Notes: generated by a model not told the origin, from the letters alone. Positions 32,043 to 42,281 are shown, counted from the first letter of the stretch. The stretch: DNA of 64,000 nucleotides from an uncultured Desulfatitalea sp. (GCA_963668675.2 CAXXMB010000002.1:2496001-2560000), one strand, 5' to 3'. Numbers and translations: made by a program.

Positions 32043-32264
32043 ATGTCCGATAGAGAAAAGAAAATGGCTGCTGCAATGGCTGCGGTATCTGCCTATCTGC
32101 AACAGGAAGAAGAGGCATGTCACCAGCAATTGACCGCCGCTGTGGCGCCCCCGAAGCGTCAGGCCCCCCAGATGACGATCAATCTGTGGGGCCAGAGCGG
32201 ACGCCAGAGCATGATGCAGATGAGAAATTTGATGCAGGTCAAAGCGTTCCATCACCGATTCTAA
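32043..32264 (+). CDS. Small carboxylase-associated protein (epsilon-subunit-like)
   Basis: AAMAAVSAYL...WGQSGR pattern between the carboxyltransferase genes. Confidence 0.65.
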   Translation: MSDREKKMAAAMAAVSAYLQQEEEACHQQLTAAVAPPKRQAPQMTINLWGQSGRQSMMQMRNLMQVKAFHHRF

Positions 32265-32303
32265 TCTGCATCCTTAACGCCTTACCAGGAGGAGACGCAT
32301 AAG

Positions 32304-34361
32304 ATGAGCGATCATGATCAAGTGAAAATGACCCCCATGAATTACGATAAAGATCGGCCCAAAGCGGAGAATCCGGTCAAGATAGAAGACTTGACGCTGC
32401 GCGACGGCCATCAATCTCTGTTCGCCACACGCGGGCGGACGGAAGATATGATTCCGGTTGCCGAGATGATGGACGAAGTGGGCTTCTGGGCCATTGAAAC
32501 TTGGGGCGGCGCCACATTCGACACCATGCACCGCTTTCTCAACGAAGATCCGTGGGAGCGCATTCGTACCTTGAAGCGCTACATTAAAAAGACGCCCTTC
32601 TCCATGCTGCTGCGCGCCCAGAACCTGGTGGGTTACCGCAACTACGCCGACGACACGGCCCGCGCGTTTGTGGACCGCGCAGCGGCCAACGGCATGGATA
32701 TTTTCCGCACCTTCGATGCCTTGAACGACTACCGCAACTTCGAGACGGTGGTGAAAGTGATCAAGGAGTGCGGCAAGCACTTCCAGGGCTGCATCTGTTA
32801 CACCATGACCGAGCCGCGCATGGGCGGCGATGTCTACAACATCGACTACTTCGTCAACAAGGCCAAAGACCTGGAATCGATGGGTGCCGATTCGATCTGC
32901 GTCAAGGATATGGCCGGCCTCATGGCCCCCTATGACGCATACAATCTGGTCAAAGCCCTCAAAAAAGCCGTTAAAGCGCCGGTCCACCTGCACAGCCATT
33001 TTACGTCGGGCATGTCGCCCATGACCCATCTCAAGGCAATCGAGGCGGGCGTTGACATCATCGACACGTGTATGACCCCGTATGCCTACCGCACTTCCCA
33101 TGCGGCCATCGAACCGCTGGTCATGACGCTGCTGGGCACCAATCGCGACACCGGTTTCGATATCCGTCTGCTGGCCAAAATAAACGAAAAACTCGAAAAA
33201 GAGGTGCTGCCCAAGTACAAGCATCTGCTTGACGACTCCAAGGTGTCGATCATCGATATCAACGTGCTGCTGCACCAGACCCCGGGAGGGATGCTCTCCA
33301 ACCTGGTCAACCAGCTGCGCGAAATGGACGCCCTGGATAAGATCGGCGAGGTCTACAAAGAGCTGCCGCGCGTGCGCAAGGAGCTGGGCCAAATTCCATT
33401 GGTGACGCCCACCAGCCAGATTGTCGGCATCCAGACGGTCAACAATGTGCTCTTCGATGATGAGAACGAGCGCTACAAGATGATCACCGGCCAGGTCAAG
33501 GATCTGTGCTACGGTCTATATGGCAAGACGGCCGTGCCCATCGATTCGGAAGTGCAGAAAAAGGCGCTCAAGGGTTACGAGCGCGGTGAGGAGCCGATCA
33601 CCTGTCGCCCGGCCGAAGTGATCGAGCCTGAGCTGGACAAGGCCAAGAAGGAGATCGGCGACCTGGCGGTGGATATGGATGACTTGGTTCTCTACGCCAT
33701 CTATCCGGTGACCGGCAAAAAGTTCCTGCAGTGGAAGTATGGCAAGGAGGAGGCGCCGGCCAGCGTGCGACCGATCACACTGGAAGAGGTCAAGGCGCGC
33801 GATGCCCTGGTGAAGAAAGCACTTGCCGGTGAATTGGTCGAGAAGAGCAAGGATGCTCCGGAAAAGAGCGACAATGCCCGCACCTTCAATGTCTTCGTAG
33901 ACAACGACTACTTCGAGGTCAATGTCGATCCGGTGGGCGGTCCGCCGGTGATCAATATCGCCCAGGCGGCAGTGGCGCCCATGCCTGCGGCGGCCCCTGC
34001 AGCGCCCGCTGCACCGACGGCTGCAGCTGCGCCTGCACCAGCAGCGCCCGCTGCACCGACGGCTGCAGCTGCGCCTGCACCAGCAGCGCCGGCTGCCAAG
34101 CCGACTCCGGCTCCAGCTCCCAAGCCGGCCCCTGCGGCCGCTGTCAGCGGTACGCCCATGGCTGCGCCCATGCCGGGCATGATCGTCAGCTATGCCAAGA
34201 ATGTGGGTGATGAGGTGAGCGAGGGTGAGACCGTGGTGGTGCTGGAAGCCATGAAAATGGAGAATGCACTGCCCGCTCCCAAGGGCGGCAAGATTGCTGC
34301 GATCAATTTTAAGAGCGGCGATACGGTGGCCAAGGGGGATGTTCTCTGCGTCATCGAGTAG
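32304..34361 (+). CDS. Pyruvate carboxyltransferase (PycB/OadA/transcarboxylase 5S-like) fused to a biotin carrier
   Basis: LRDGHQSL, WGGATFD, HLHSH, VTPTSQIVG, EAMKM; Ala/Pro linker with an exact 42-bp duplication at 33999-34082. Confidence 0.93.
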   Translation: MSDHDQVKMTPMNYDKDRPKAENPVKIEDLTLRDGHQSLFATRGRTEDMIPVAEMMDEVGFWAIETWGGATFDTMHRFLNEDPWERIRTLKRYIKKTPFSMLLRAQNLVGYRNYADDTARAFVDRAAANGMDIFRTFDALNDYRNFETVVKVIKECGKHFQGCICYTMTEPRMGGDVYNIDYFVNKAKDLESMGADSICVKDMAGLMAPYDAYNLVKALKKAVKAPVHLHSHFTSGMSPMTHLKAIEAGVDIIDTCMTPYAYRTSHAAIEPLVMTLLGTNRDTGFDIRLLAKINEKLEKEVLPKYKHLLDDSKVSIIDINVLLHQTPGGMLSNLVNQLREMDALDKIGEVYKELPRVRKELGQIPLVTPTSQIVGIQTVNNVLFDDENERYKMITGQVKDLCYGLYGKTAVPIDSEVQKKALKGYERGEEPITCRPAEVIEPELDKAKKEIGDLAVDMDDLVLYAIYPVTGKKFLQWKYGKEEAPASVRPITLEEVKARDALVKKALAGELVEKSKDAPEKSDNARTFNVFVDNDYFEVNVDPVGGPPVINIAQAAVAPMPAAAPAAPAAPTAAAAPAPAAPAAPTAAAAPAPAAPAAKPTPAPAPKPAPAAAVSGTPMAAPMPGMIVSYAKNVGDEVSEGETVVVLEAMKMENALPAPKGGKIAAINFKSGDTVAKGDVLCVIE

Positions 34362-34390
34362 TGCTAAGATGTCGTGAAGTAATTGCGCTG

Positions 34391-34413
34391 CGGGCGGAGA
34401 AGATCTCCGCCCG
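34391..34413. terminator. Hairpin after the carboxyltransferase gene
   Basis: CGGGCGGAGA-AGA-TCTCCGCCCG; no U-tract on +. Confidence 0.45.
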
Positions 34414-34441
34414 AAAATTATTGACTCAACTATTGGGGTAA

Positions 34442-34629
34442 AGAGCCGGCGAGGCCGGTGGGTGGTCTGCACCTGACGCAAATGCATGCAAGTGCCGCTA
34501 AGGCGCAACTCCGGGCGGTCCGGAAACTCGCTGCGCTCAGACAGTCCGGACCGCTGGTCCTCCATTGCACCTAAGCGGCACTAACATGCGATGCTGAGCA
34601 GGTGCAGACCACCCGCCGGCCTCGCCTCC
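34442..34629. repeat. Long palindromic element, copy 2
   Basis: Arms 34448-34475/34599-34626; core GCGGTCCGGA-AACTCGCTGCGCTCAGACAG-TCCGGACCGC; homologous to 704-893. Confidence 0.85.
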
Positions 34630-34692
34630 GTTTTAGATCAAAGAGAACCCGTAAGTTGGGTTATGAACCTGAAAATGAGACAGGTGAAGCGT

Positions 34693-34718
34693 GTAGGGGC
34701 GGGGTTTATCCCCGCCCG
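34693..34718 (+). repeat. GTAG-type REP palindrome
   Basis: GTAGGGGCGGGGTTTATCCCCGCCCG. Confidence 0.8.
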
Positions 34719-34861
34719 GCCCAACGCAAGGGAAGCAGAAACGGGCAGCATAAAATTTCATGCTGTGGAACAAGGCCCATGAGAGACGGACTGCATGTTC
34801 AAAACGGTGGTTATGCACCGAAAAAGAAGATTGATATCGAAACAGAAGAGAGAGGCCAATC

Positions 34862-36025
34862 ATGAAAATCCATGAGTACCAAGCCAAGATCCTTTTTCGG
34901 AAGTATGACGTGCCCGTTCCCATGGGCGAGGTCGCTTTTACTTCCGGAGAGGCGCTGAACGTTGCGCAGACACTGGGTGGTTACCCGGTGGTGGTCAAGG
35001 CGCAGATCCATGCGGGCGGCCGCGGCAAGGGCGGCGGCGTCAAACTGGCCCATTCGGCGGAAGAGGTGACACAGGTGGCCGACGAGATCATCGGCATGAA
35101 TCTGGTCACCCACCAGACTGGCCCCAAAGGACAGCCGGTGAAGAAGGTGCTGGTCGAACAGGGGTTGAACATCGCTAAAGAGCTCTACCTGAGTATCGTG
35201 GCCGACCGCGCCACGGCAGAAATTGTCATCATGGCGAGCGAGGCCGGCGGCATGGATATCGAAGCGGTGGCTGCCGAGACCCCTGAGAAGATCATCAAGG
35301 TCTATGTCAATCCGCTCAATGGCATCCAGGCCTACCACTGTTTGCAGGCGGCCCATGGATTGAATCTGCCCGGCGCAAGCGTCAAGCCGTTCATTAAGCT
35401 GCTGAACAACCTTTACCGGCTCTTTGTCGACTATGACGCCTCCCTGGTGGAGATCAATCCGTTGATCATTACGGCGGACGAGGCGGTGATTGCGCTGGAT
35501 GCCAAGATCAATTTCGATGACAATGCCCTTTTCCGGCACAAAGATCTGATCGATTTCCGCGATCTCGATGAAGAGGATCCGGCCGAGGTAGAGGCCTCCA
35601 AGTTCAACTTGAACTATATCAACTTGGACGGAAACGTGGGCAACATGGTCAACGGCGCCGGCCTGGCCATGGCCACCATGGATATTATCAAACTCGCCGG
35701 TGCGGAGCCGGCTAATTTTCTCGACGTGGGCGGCGGTGCCGATGCCGAGATGGTCGAGAACGGATTTCGCATCATCCTCAGCGACCCCAACGTCAAGGGG
35801 ATCCTGATCAATATCTTCGGTGGTATTTTGCGTTGCGATGTGTTGGCCGAAGGGGTGGTCAAGGCGGCCCAGAAGACAGGCATCTCGGTGCCGGTGGTGG
35901 TGCGCATGGAGGGGACCAATGTGGACGAGGGGCGAAAAATCCTGGCCGATTCCGGACTGAATCTCACACCGGCTGTGGATTTGAGCGATGCCGCAGCCAA
36001 GGTGGCGAACATGGTGAAGAATTAA
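34862..36025 (+). CDS. sucC: Succinyl-CoA synthetase beta subunit
   Basis: MKIHEYQAK, KAQIHAGGRGKGGGV, NGAGLAMATMD, NIFGGILRCD. Confidence 0.97.
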   Translation: MKIHEYQAKILFRKYDVPVPMGEVAFTSGEALNVAQTLGGYPVVVKAQIHAGGRGKGGGVKLAHSAEEVTQVADEIIGMNLVTHQTGPKGQPVKKVLVEQGLNIAKELYLSIVADRATAEIVIMASEAGGMDIEAVAAETPEKIIKVYVNPLNGIQAYHCLQAAHGLNLPGASVKPFIKLLNNLYRLFVDYDASLVEINPLIITADEAVIALDAKINFDDNALFRHKDLIDFRDLDEEDPAEVEASKFNLNYINLDGNVGNMVNGAGLAMATMDIIKLAGAEPANFLDVGGGADAEMVENGFRIILSDPNVKGILINIFGGILRCDVLAEGVVKAAQKTGISVPVVVRMEGTNVDEGRKILADSGLNLTPAVDLSDAAAKVANMVKN

Positions 36026-36073
36026 ATGGTCACCCCCGTTTTGATTAAAAGATGATTAAAGTGGAGTTATATC

Positions 36074-36955
36074 ATGAGTATCTTCGCAGATAAGAAGACC
36101 AAAATAGTGGTACAGGGCATCACCGGCCGCGAGGGGCAGTTCCACGCCCGTCAATGTGTGGCTTACGGCACCCAGGTCGTGGGCGGTGTCACGCCTGGCA
36201 AGGGCGGTCAGAAGATGGACGATGTCCCGGTCTTCCACACCGTGGCCGAGGCCAAAGCCGCCACCGGCGCCAATTGCAGCTTGATCTTCGTGCCGCCTCC
36301 GTTTGCGGCGGCCGCCATTCTCGAAGCCATCGATGCCGATATCGAATTGATTGTGGCCATTACCGAAGGCATACCGGTGCTGGACATGATGAAGGTGAAG
36401 AACTATCTCAAGCCGAGCCGGTCCAGACTGATCGGCCCCAACTGCCCGGGCATCATCACCCCGGGCGAGTGCAAGATCGGCATCATGCCGGCTCCCATTC
36501 ATAAGCCGGGCGGGCCCATCGGGGTGGTCTCGCGGTCCGGCACCCTGACTTACGAGGTGGTGCACCAGTTGACCCAGCAGGGCATCGGCCAGACCACCTG
36601 TATCGGAATAGGTGGCGACCCGGTCAACGGCACCAACTTCATCGACTGCCTGCAGGCTTTTGAGGCCGATCCGGAGACCAAGGGCATTGTGATGGTCGGT
36701 GAGATCGGCGGGAGTGCCGAGGAGGAGGCGGCCGACTTTATCACCGAAAAGGTGACGAAGCCGGTTGTTGGCTTTATTGCCGGCCTGACCGCGCCCCCAG
36801 GGCGCCGTATGGGCCACGCCGGGGCGATCATCAGTGGCAACAGCGGAACGGCTCAGGGCAAGATCGACGCCATGGGCGCTGCCGGAATCAATGTGTGCAA
36901 GAACCTGGGGCGGTTGGGCGACTTGTGTAAAGAGAGCTTCACCGGTCTTTACTAG
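36074..36955 (+). CDS. sucD: Succinyl-CoA synthetase alpha subunit
   Basis: [27 protein letters not shown]. Confidence 0.97.
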   Translation: MSIFADKKTKIVVQGITGREGQFHARQCVAYGTQVVGGVTPGKGGQKMDDVPVFHTVAEAKAATGANCSLIFVPPPFAAAAILEAIDADIELIVAITEGIPVLDMMKVKNYLKPSRSRLIGPNCPGIITPGECKIGIMPAPIHKPGGPIGVVSRSGTLTYEVVHQLTQQGIGQTTCIGIGGDPVNGTNFIDCLQAFEADPETKGIVMVGEIGGSAEEEAADFITEKVTKPVVGFIAGLTAPPGRRMGHAGAIISGNSGTAQGKIDAMGAAGINVCKNLGRLGDLCKESFTGLY

Positions 36956-36999
36956 TGCTTGCCCAATGTTCTTAGCTTGAGGTTTTTCGGCTACCGATC

Positions 37000-37094
37000 C
37001 GGGCGGGCATAAAGCCCGCCCCTACACGGTTCGTGTATGGTAACAGAACGTATTTCTACTCAAATTTCGTAGGGGCGGGCTTTATGCCCGGCCG
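37000..37094. repeat. Inverted REP doublet (REPIN-like)
   Basis: CGGGCGGGCATAAAGCCCGCCCCTAC (37000-37025) and GTAGGGGCGGGCTTTATGCCCGGCCG (37069-37094). Confidence 0.85.
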
Positions 37095-37160
37095 TTGCGT
37101 CCGCGTAAGTTATTGACATTGAGTGCTTACCAATACATTGTCTTTCAAGATCTCTGCTAT

Positions 37161-37189
37161 GGAAGTGGAAAGTAGGAAAGTTAAGGTAT
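37161..37189 (+). repeat. Truncated solo arm of the tandem-8-mer family
   Basis: GGAAGTG GAAAGTAG GAAAGTTA AGGTAT matches the arms at 21987-22038 and 22489-22538. Confidence 0.65.
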
Positions 37190-37227
37190 ACTTCTAAGCA
37201 GGGGCTGCAAACAACAACGGAGCTGTC

Positions 37228-37602
37228 ATGCACGAAATGGGTATTGCCATGGAGGTCCTCAGGATCGCCCAGGAGTCTGTTCCGGCGGAGATGACGGGTG
37301 CGCGCATTCAGCGCGTCCACTTAAAGGTCGGGCAGCTTTCGGCGGTGGTGCCCGAGAGCCTGCGATTCTGTTTCGAAGTGGCGGCCAAGGATACCATTGC
37401 CGATGGTGCCGAGTTGGCCATCGAGGAGGTCCAGGTCAACGCCCGCTGCAAGGATTGCATGCACGAATGGTCGGTCGACGAACCGGTTTTCGTCTGTCCG
37501 GCCTGTAACAGCGGTAATATCGATCTGTTGTCCGGTCGGGAGTTGAATATCGAATCCATCGAGATTGAAGAGAAGGACGGTGCCAATGTTGACCAAGGAT
37601 AA
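37228..37602 (+). CDS. hypA: Hydrogenase maturation nickel metallochaperone
   Basis: MHE start, CKDC...CPAC, GRELNIESIE. Confidence 0.95.
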   Translation: MHEMGIAMEVLRIAQESVPAEMTGARIQRVHLKVGQLSAVVPESLRFCFEVAAKDTIADGAELAIEEVQVNARCKDCMHEWSVDEPVFVCPACNSGNIDLLSGRELNIESIEIEEKDGANVDQG

Positions 37603-38383
37603 GCAACTGATTTACCGCCACCATAAAGAGGGCCACAAGGGCTCTCACTCCCACAGCCATCCCCACCCCCACTCCCACGATGCGCCTGAAATGGCGTCGC
37701 AACCATCAGGCAGCCGCGAGATAAAGGTGGTGCGGCGGGTGCTCGATGCCAACGATATGATGGCGGCCCGCAACCGTGAGCTCTTTGCCGCCGAGGGCGT
37801 CTTCGTCCTCAACATGATGAGCTCTCCGGGGTCGGGCAAGACCACCATACTCCAGCGTACCCTGTCGCAACTGATGCCCGACATGCACTGCGCGGTGATC
37901 GTGGGTGATATCTGCACCACCCAGGATGCGGACCGCCTCGCAGCATCGGGCGCTCCGGTGGTTCAGATCAATACCGACGAATTCGGTGGCGACTGCCATC
38001 TGGCCGCCCATGTGATCGAGCGCGCCCTGGGCGGTATCGACCTGAACGGGTTGGACCTGCTGATTGTCGAAAATATCGGCAACCTGGTCTGCCCGGCGGA
38101 GTTCGATATCGGGGAAGACAAGCGTGTGGTCGTTTTATCGGTGACCGAGGGTGAAGACAAGCCGGCGAAGTATCCGCTTATGTTTCGCGAGTGCGACGCC
38201 ATGCTGCTCAATAAGATCGATCTGCTGCCCTACCTGGACTACGATGTGGATGTGACATTGAAAAGCGTGGCCCAACTGCATCCGGGGATGCCTGTCTATC
38301 AAATGTCTGCGAAGAGCGGTGATGGATTCGACGGCTGGATCGAATGGCTCAAGGCCCAAGTGTCCGGAAAGCGTGCAGAGTAG
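37586..38383 (+). CDS. hypB: Hydrogenase nickel incorporation GTPase with His-rich N-terminus
   Basis: SSPGSGKTT, CHL, ENIGNLVCPA, EGEDKPAKYP, NKIDL. Confidence 0.95.
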   Translation: MLTKDKQLIYRHHKEGHKGSHSHSHPHPHSHDAPEMASQPSGSREIKVVRRVLDANDMMAARNRELFAAEGVFVLNMMSSPGSGKTTILQRTLSQLMPDMHCAVIVGDICTTQDADRLAASGAPVVQINTDEFGGDCHLAAHVIERALGGIDLNGLDLLIVENIGNLVCPAEFDIGEDKRVVVLSVTEGEDKPAKYPLMFRECDAMLLNKIDLLPYLDYDVDVTLKSVAQLHPGMPVYQMSAKSGDGFDGWIEWLKAQVSGKRAE

Positions 38384-38450
38384 AATTCTCAGAAAGTAAA
38401 CGCCCACCTATTCTAGTATTCGTGATCGACAAGCCGCCCATTGCGACGGG

Positions 38451-38540
38451 TCCCCCTTTCCCAAAGGGGGATTTGAACTAACCGTAGAAGAGTGGCACCC
38501 TGAAGAGAATCCCCCTGGCCCCTTTGAAAAAGAGGGGGAA
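38451..38540. repeat. CCCCCTTT/AAAGGGGG palindromic doublet between convergent genes
   Basis: TCCCCCTTTCCCAAAGGGGGA (38451-38471) and AATCCCCCTGGCCCCTTTGAAAAAGAGGGGGAA (38508-38540). Confidence 0.6.
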
Positions 38541-38551
38541 CTTTATAAAAT

Positions 38552-39736
38552 CTAAGCCTTCGTCATGCAAACCCCGGATGGCTGATTCCAGAAGGGTGAC
38601 ATTTTGCGCAGCCGGTCGATGATCGGCGGCATCTTTTCGATGATCAGGTCGATCTCCTCTTCGGTGTTGTAGACGCTCAGGCTGAAGCGGATGGAGCCGT
38701 GGGCCGCGGTGAAGGGCACATCCATCGCCCGCAGCACATGGGAGGGCTCCAGCGAGCCCGAGGTACAGGCCGAGCCGGAGGAGGCGCACACATTGAACTC
38801 GTCGAGCATGAGCAGGATCGATTCGCCCTCCACGAACTCGAAGGCGATGCTGGAGGTGTTGGGCAGGCGCTTTTCAATGTCGCCGTTGACGATGGCGTTG
38901 GGCACGGCTTTGACGAGACCGTTTTCCAGGCGGTCGCGCATCGCTTTAACGCGGGTGTTTTCGTCTTCCATTTTTTCGGCTGCCAGTTCTGCGGCTTTAC
39001 CAAGTCCGACGATGGCTGCAACATTCTCGGTGCCCCCCCTGCGGCCGTGCTCCTGGTGGCCGCCCAGCATGAACGGGGCGAATTTGGTCCCCTTGCGGAT
39101 ATAGAGGGCGCCGATGCCTTTGGGGCCATGCAGTTTGTGCCCGGAGAGCGACAGCATGCCGACGTCGTTTTCAGAGAGGTTGATGGGGATCTTGCCGACC
39201 GCCTGGACCGCATCGGTATGAAACACCGCGCCTCGTTGACTCACCCGCTCGGCCACTTCCTCGACCGGGAAGATCACGCCTGTTTCGTTGTTGGCCCACA
39301 TCAGGCTGACGATGGCCGTCTCGTCGTTGAGCCGGGAGTATAGGTAATCGACATCCAGAAGCCCCTTGGTGTCGACGGGGACGTAGCTGACACGGTAGCC
39401 GTTGTGCGCCAGATATTCACACAGATTCTTCACGGCCGGGTGCTCAACATTGGAGGTAATCACGTGCCGTTTACCGGGATTGGATCGTAGGGCAGCCCAA
39501 ATGGCGGTGCTGTCGCTCTCGGTGCCGCATGAGGTGAAGACGATCTCTTCCGCTTGGGCGCCCAGCAGATCTGCCAGCTTGGCCCGGGCCTCTTTGATCT
39601 TCATGGCCACGTTACCGCCAAAGGTGTGCATGCTCGACGGGTTGCCGTAGAACTGGGTGAAGTAGGGCAGCATCTCTTCGACGACCTCGGGCGCCACCTG
39701 GGTCGTGGCGTTGTTGTCAAAGTAGACCGGTTTCAT
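38552..39736 (-). CDS. nifS: Cysteine desulfurase
   Basis: YFDNNATT, HTDAVQ, SGHKLHGPKG, SSGSACTS; 4-bp overlap with nifU. Confidence 0.95.
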   Translation of the reverse strand: MKPVYFDNNATTQVAPEVVEEMLPYFTQFYGNPSSMHTFGGNVAMKIKEARAKLADLLGAQAEEIVFTSCGTESDSTAIWAALRSNPGKRHVITSNVEHPAVKNLCEYLAHNGYRVSYVPVDTKGLLDVDYLYSRLNDETAIVSLMWANNETGVIFPVEEVAERVSQRGAVFHTDAVQAVGKIPINLSENDVGMLSLSGHKLHGPKGIGALYIRKGTKFAPFMLGGHQEHGRRGGTENVAAIVGLGKAAELAAEKMEDENTRVKAMRDRLENGLVKAVPNAIVNGDIEKRLPNTSSIAFEFVEGESILLMLDEFNVCASSGSACTSGSLEPSHVLRAMDVPFTAAHGSIRFSLSVYNTEEEIDLIIEKMPPIIDRLRKMSPFWNQPSGVCMTKA

Positions 39737-40563
39737 GATGCCACCTCCTCGACCACCAGATCTTTGGTCACCAGTTCCTGAAGCTTGCTCTCCACATAAT
39801 CCTTGAGCGTGATCTGGGACATGGCGCACGCGGCGCAGCGTCCCTTGAGCTTGACCACTACGCGGTTGCCGTCCACATCGATCAGTTGGATGTCGCCACC
39901 GTCCTGCATCAGGGCCGGCTTGATCTCTCGCTCCAACGTCTCCTCGATCAGTCTGATTTTTTGGATATTGGTCAACGGTTTTGGTTCGACCGGTTTTTCC
40001 ACGAGGGAGCCATTGACGCGATCGATGATCTCCTGAATGGTGTCATGGCACTGCCCGCAGCCACCGCCGGCTTTGATGTAGTTGGTGATCTCCTCGATGG
40101 TTTTCAGGCTGTTGTCGGTCGCAGCCCGTTCAATCTGTAGATCGGTCACACCAAAGCATTCGCACACCACATTGCCCGGCTTTTTCTGTTCCGGCTCGCC
40201 ACGGTAGCATGCAATGGCCTTTCCCAGGGCTTCTTGACCCATGACCGAGCAGTGCATCTTCTCCTTGGGCAGTCCGCCTAAAGAATCGGCGATATGATCG
40301 TTGGTGAGTTTTTCGGCCTCTTCAATGGTTTTTCCGATGAGCAGTTCGGTCAACGCCGATGCCGATGCAATGGCGCTGGCGCAACCGAAGGTTTTAAACT
40401 TGGCATCTGTTATGCGGCCGGCATCGTCAACCTTGAATGTCAGTTTTAGGGCATCTCCACATGCCATGGAGCCAACCTCGCCGACGCCGTCGGCGTTTTC
40501 CACCTCTCCCACATTGCGCGGATTGAGGAAGTGTTCTTTCACTTTATCTGTATATTCCCACAT
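39733..40563 (-). CDS. nifU: Fe-S cluster assembly protein NifU (three-domain)
   Basis: ACGD/FGCASA/KMHCS, CECFGV...GGGCGQC, DGGD...CAAC. Confidence 0.95.
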   Translation of the reverse strand: MWEYTDKVKEHFLNPRNVGEVENADGVGEVGSMACGDALKLTFKVDDAGRITDAKFKTFGCASAIASASALTELLIGKTIEEAEKLTNDHIADSLGGLPKEKMHCSVMGQEALGKAIACYRGEPEQKKPGNVVCECFGVTDLQIERAATDNSLKTIEEITNYIKAGGGCGQCHDTIQEIIDRVNGSLVEKPVEPKPLTNIQKIRLIEETLEREIKPALMQDGGDIQLIDVDGNRVVVKLKGRCAACAMSQITLKDYVESKLQELVTKDLVVEEVAS

Positions 40564-40802
40564 CTCGGCCTCCCGGGTGATTATTTGGCAACAGCTTGAT
40601 CTGCTTGTATAAGTGGTCTCATTCTTGGCACACTGGTGTCATAATAAGCATCAATTTGCGGATGCAAAGCAGTCAACCGGCATCGGCCTTGTCAATCGCG
40701 TGTTGACAATAGTGCTTTTTCCGATGGTATGTTGAATCTAATGATCCAGCGGATTGGGATCGAGTGAAGAAACCGGCCATTGAAAAACAGGAGAGGTGAG
40801 GT

Positions 40803-41657
40803 ATGGAGCTGCGCAAAGCGGCCTTTTCCGGGAGTTGGTACCCCAGCCAGGCCAGGGCGTGTGAAGAGGAGATCGCCCGGTTTCTATCCGGCGCCACCGA
40901 ATCGCCGGAAGCGGGGCAGAACTGGGTGGCCGGCATTGTGCCCCATGCCGGCTGGTACTACAGTGGCGCCATCGCCTGCCAGGTGATCAACTGTCTAAAG
41001 GCGGACGCCCCTATCGATCTGGTTGTGATCCTCGGCATGCATCTGCATCCCGGATCGGCCAACCATATGATGACCCGTGGTGCCTGGGAGACGCCCTTCG
41101 GCCCCCTGCCTGTGGCTGAGGATCTGGCCGATGCCCTGCAGGAGCGGTTCGATTTTCAGGTGGAAACCCCGCTTCGGTTTGTGCAGGACAACACCATCGA
41201 ACTGCAAATGCCGTTTGTCAAAAAACTGCTCAACCCAGCGGCGGTGTTAGGCATCGGCGTGCCACCGGCCAATCGATCCCTGGAGATCGGTCGGGCGGTG
41301 GTGGATTGGGCGCGCGACAATGACCTTCGTTTCAAAATTGTCGGGTCGACCGATCTCACCCATTACGGACCCAATTACGGCTTTTCACCCCAGGGGGCCG
41401 GTTCTCAGGCGGTGGCGTGGGTTCGCGATCAGAATGACCGCGAGGTGATCGACGCCATGCTCGATATCGATGCTGAAAAGGTGATCTCCCTGGGGCTGCA
41501 GCACCAAAACGCCTGCTGTGCCGGTGCGGCGGCCACCGCCATCGCAGCGGCCAAACACGCTGGCGCCACCCGATCCGAGGCCCTTGCCTACGCCACCAGC
41601 TACGATAAGAGCCCAGGCGATAGCTTTGTGGGTTACGCGGGGATTGTTTTCAGATAG
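40803..41657 (+). CDS. amrB: AmmeMemoRadiSam system protein B (MEMO1 family)
   Basis: FSGSWYP, PHAGWYYSG, STDLTHYG, VGYAGIV. Confidence 0.88.
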   Translation: MELRKAAFSGSWYPSQARACEEEIARFLSGATESPEAGQNWVAGIVPHAGWYYSGAIACQVINCLKADAPIDLVVILGMHLHPGSANHMMTRGAWETPFGPLPVAEDLADALQERFDFQVETPLRFVQDNTIELQMPFVKKLLNPAAVLGIGVPPANRSLEIGRAVVDWARDNDLRFKIVGSTDLTHYGPNYGFSPQGAGSQAVAWVRDQNDREVIDAMLDIDAEKVISLGLQHQNACCAGAAATAIAAAKHAGATRSEALAYATSYDKSPGDSFVGYAGIVFR

Positions 41658-41744
41658 TTAAAAAAGGTCCGTGTAAATCCATCGGTCATCTCTCAATGGC
41701 CTGTTCGCCACCGGTACTATTTCTCGCCTATTGCACCTTTTTCC

Positions 41745-41760
41745 GGGCATCCTTATTGCA
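41745..41760 (+). promoter_or_regulatory. Possible sigma54 promoter
   Basis: GGGCATCCTTATTGCA fits GG-N10-GC. Confidence 0.4.
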
Positions 41761-41927
41761 TAGAGAATAAAAATATTTAACCTAGTGCTATTGCCAACCG
41801 ATAGCCTGATAGAGACACCACAGGCATTGGCAACAATCGATAGTCAGGTTCCGACCGACATCGCGATACCAAAACGGCCCAAATCGCTCCGTGCAGGAGC
41901 GGTTTAATATATTTCGAGGAGCGCACC

Positions 41928-42281
41928 ATGAATGTCTTGACCTATATCCGCAACCTGTTTCGGCAAACACCAAAAAAACAACATCTTGAATATGTTAAGG
42001 CGTGCACCGTGGCCTTGGATGCGAACGTCGAAACCGAAACACAGCGTGTTGCCGCAAACCTTTCGCTGCAACAGCGTCCGGCGCCTGACGAACTCCGCTC
42101 CGACGCAACCATCGCCTTTTCGCAACAGGGCGATCTGGAGAGCTATGTAAAGATGCTTAACGTCCCCAGCGAGGTGATCGAAGGCTGGATCTCCGCCGGT
42201 GTGCTCCTGCCTGAAGAGACCCGCGTGGCCGCCAAGATGATTCGTCTGATGCAGACAAAAGGCCGGTTTTCCCAAAATTAA
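41928..42281 (+). CDS. Hypothetical protein
   Basis: GAGGAG RBS, 117 aa, followed by hairpins and a terminator. Confidence 0.6.
   Translation: MNVLTYIRNLFRQTPKKQHLEYVKACTVALDANVETETQRVAANLSLQQRPAPDELRSDATIAFSQQGDLESYVKMLNVPSEVIEGWISAGVLLPEETRVAAKMIRLMQTKGRFSQN

Noticed and set aside
37228..38383. hypAB without hydrogenase structural genes as a novel nickel system
   Set aside because: Dispersed hyp genes and His-rich HypB N-termini are common; targets are probably elsewhere in the genome
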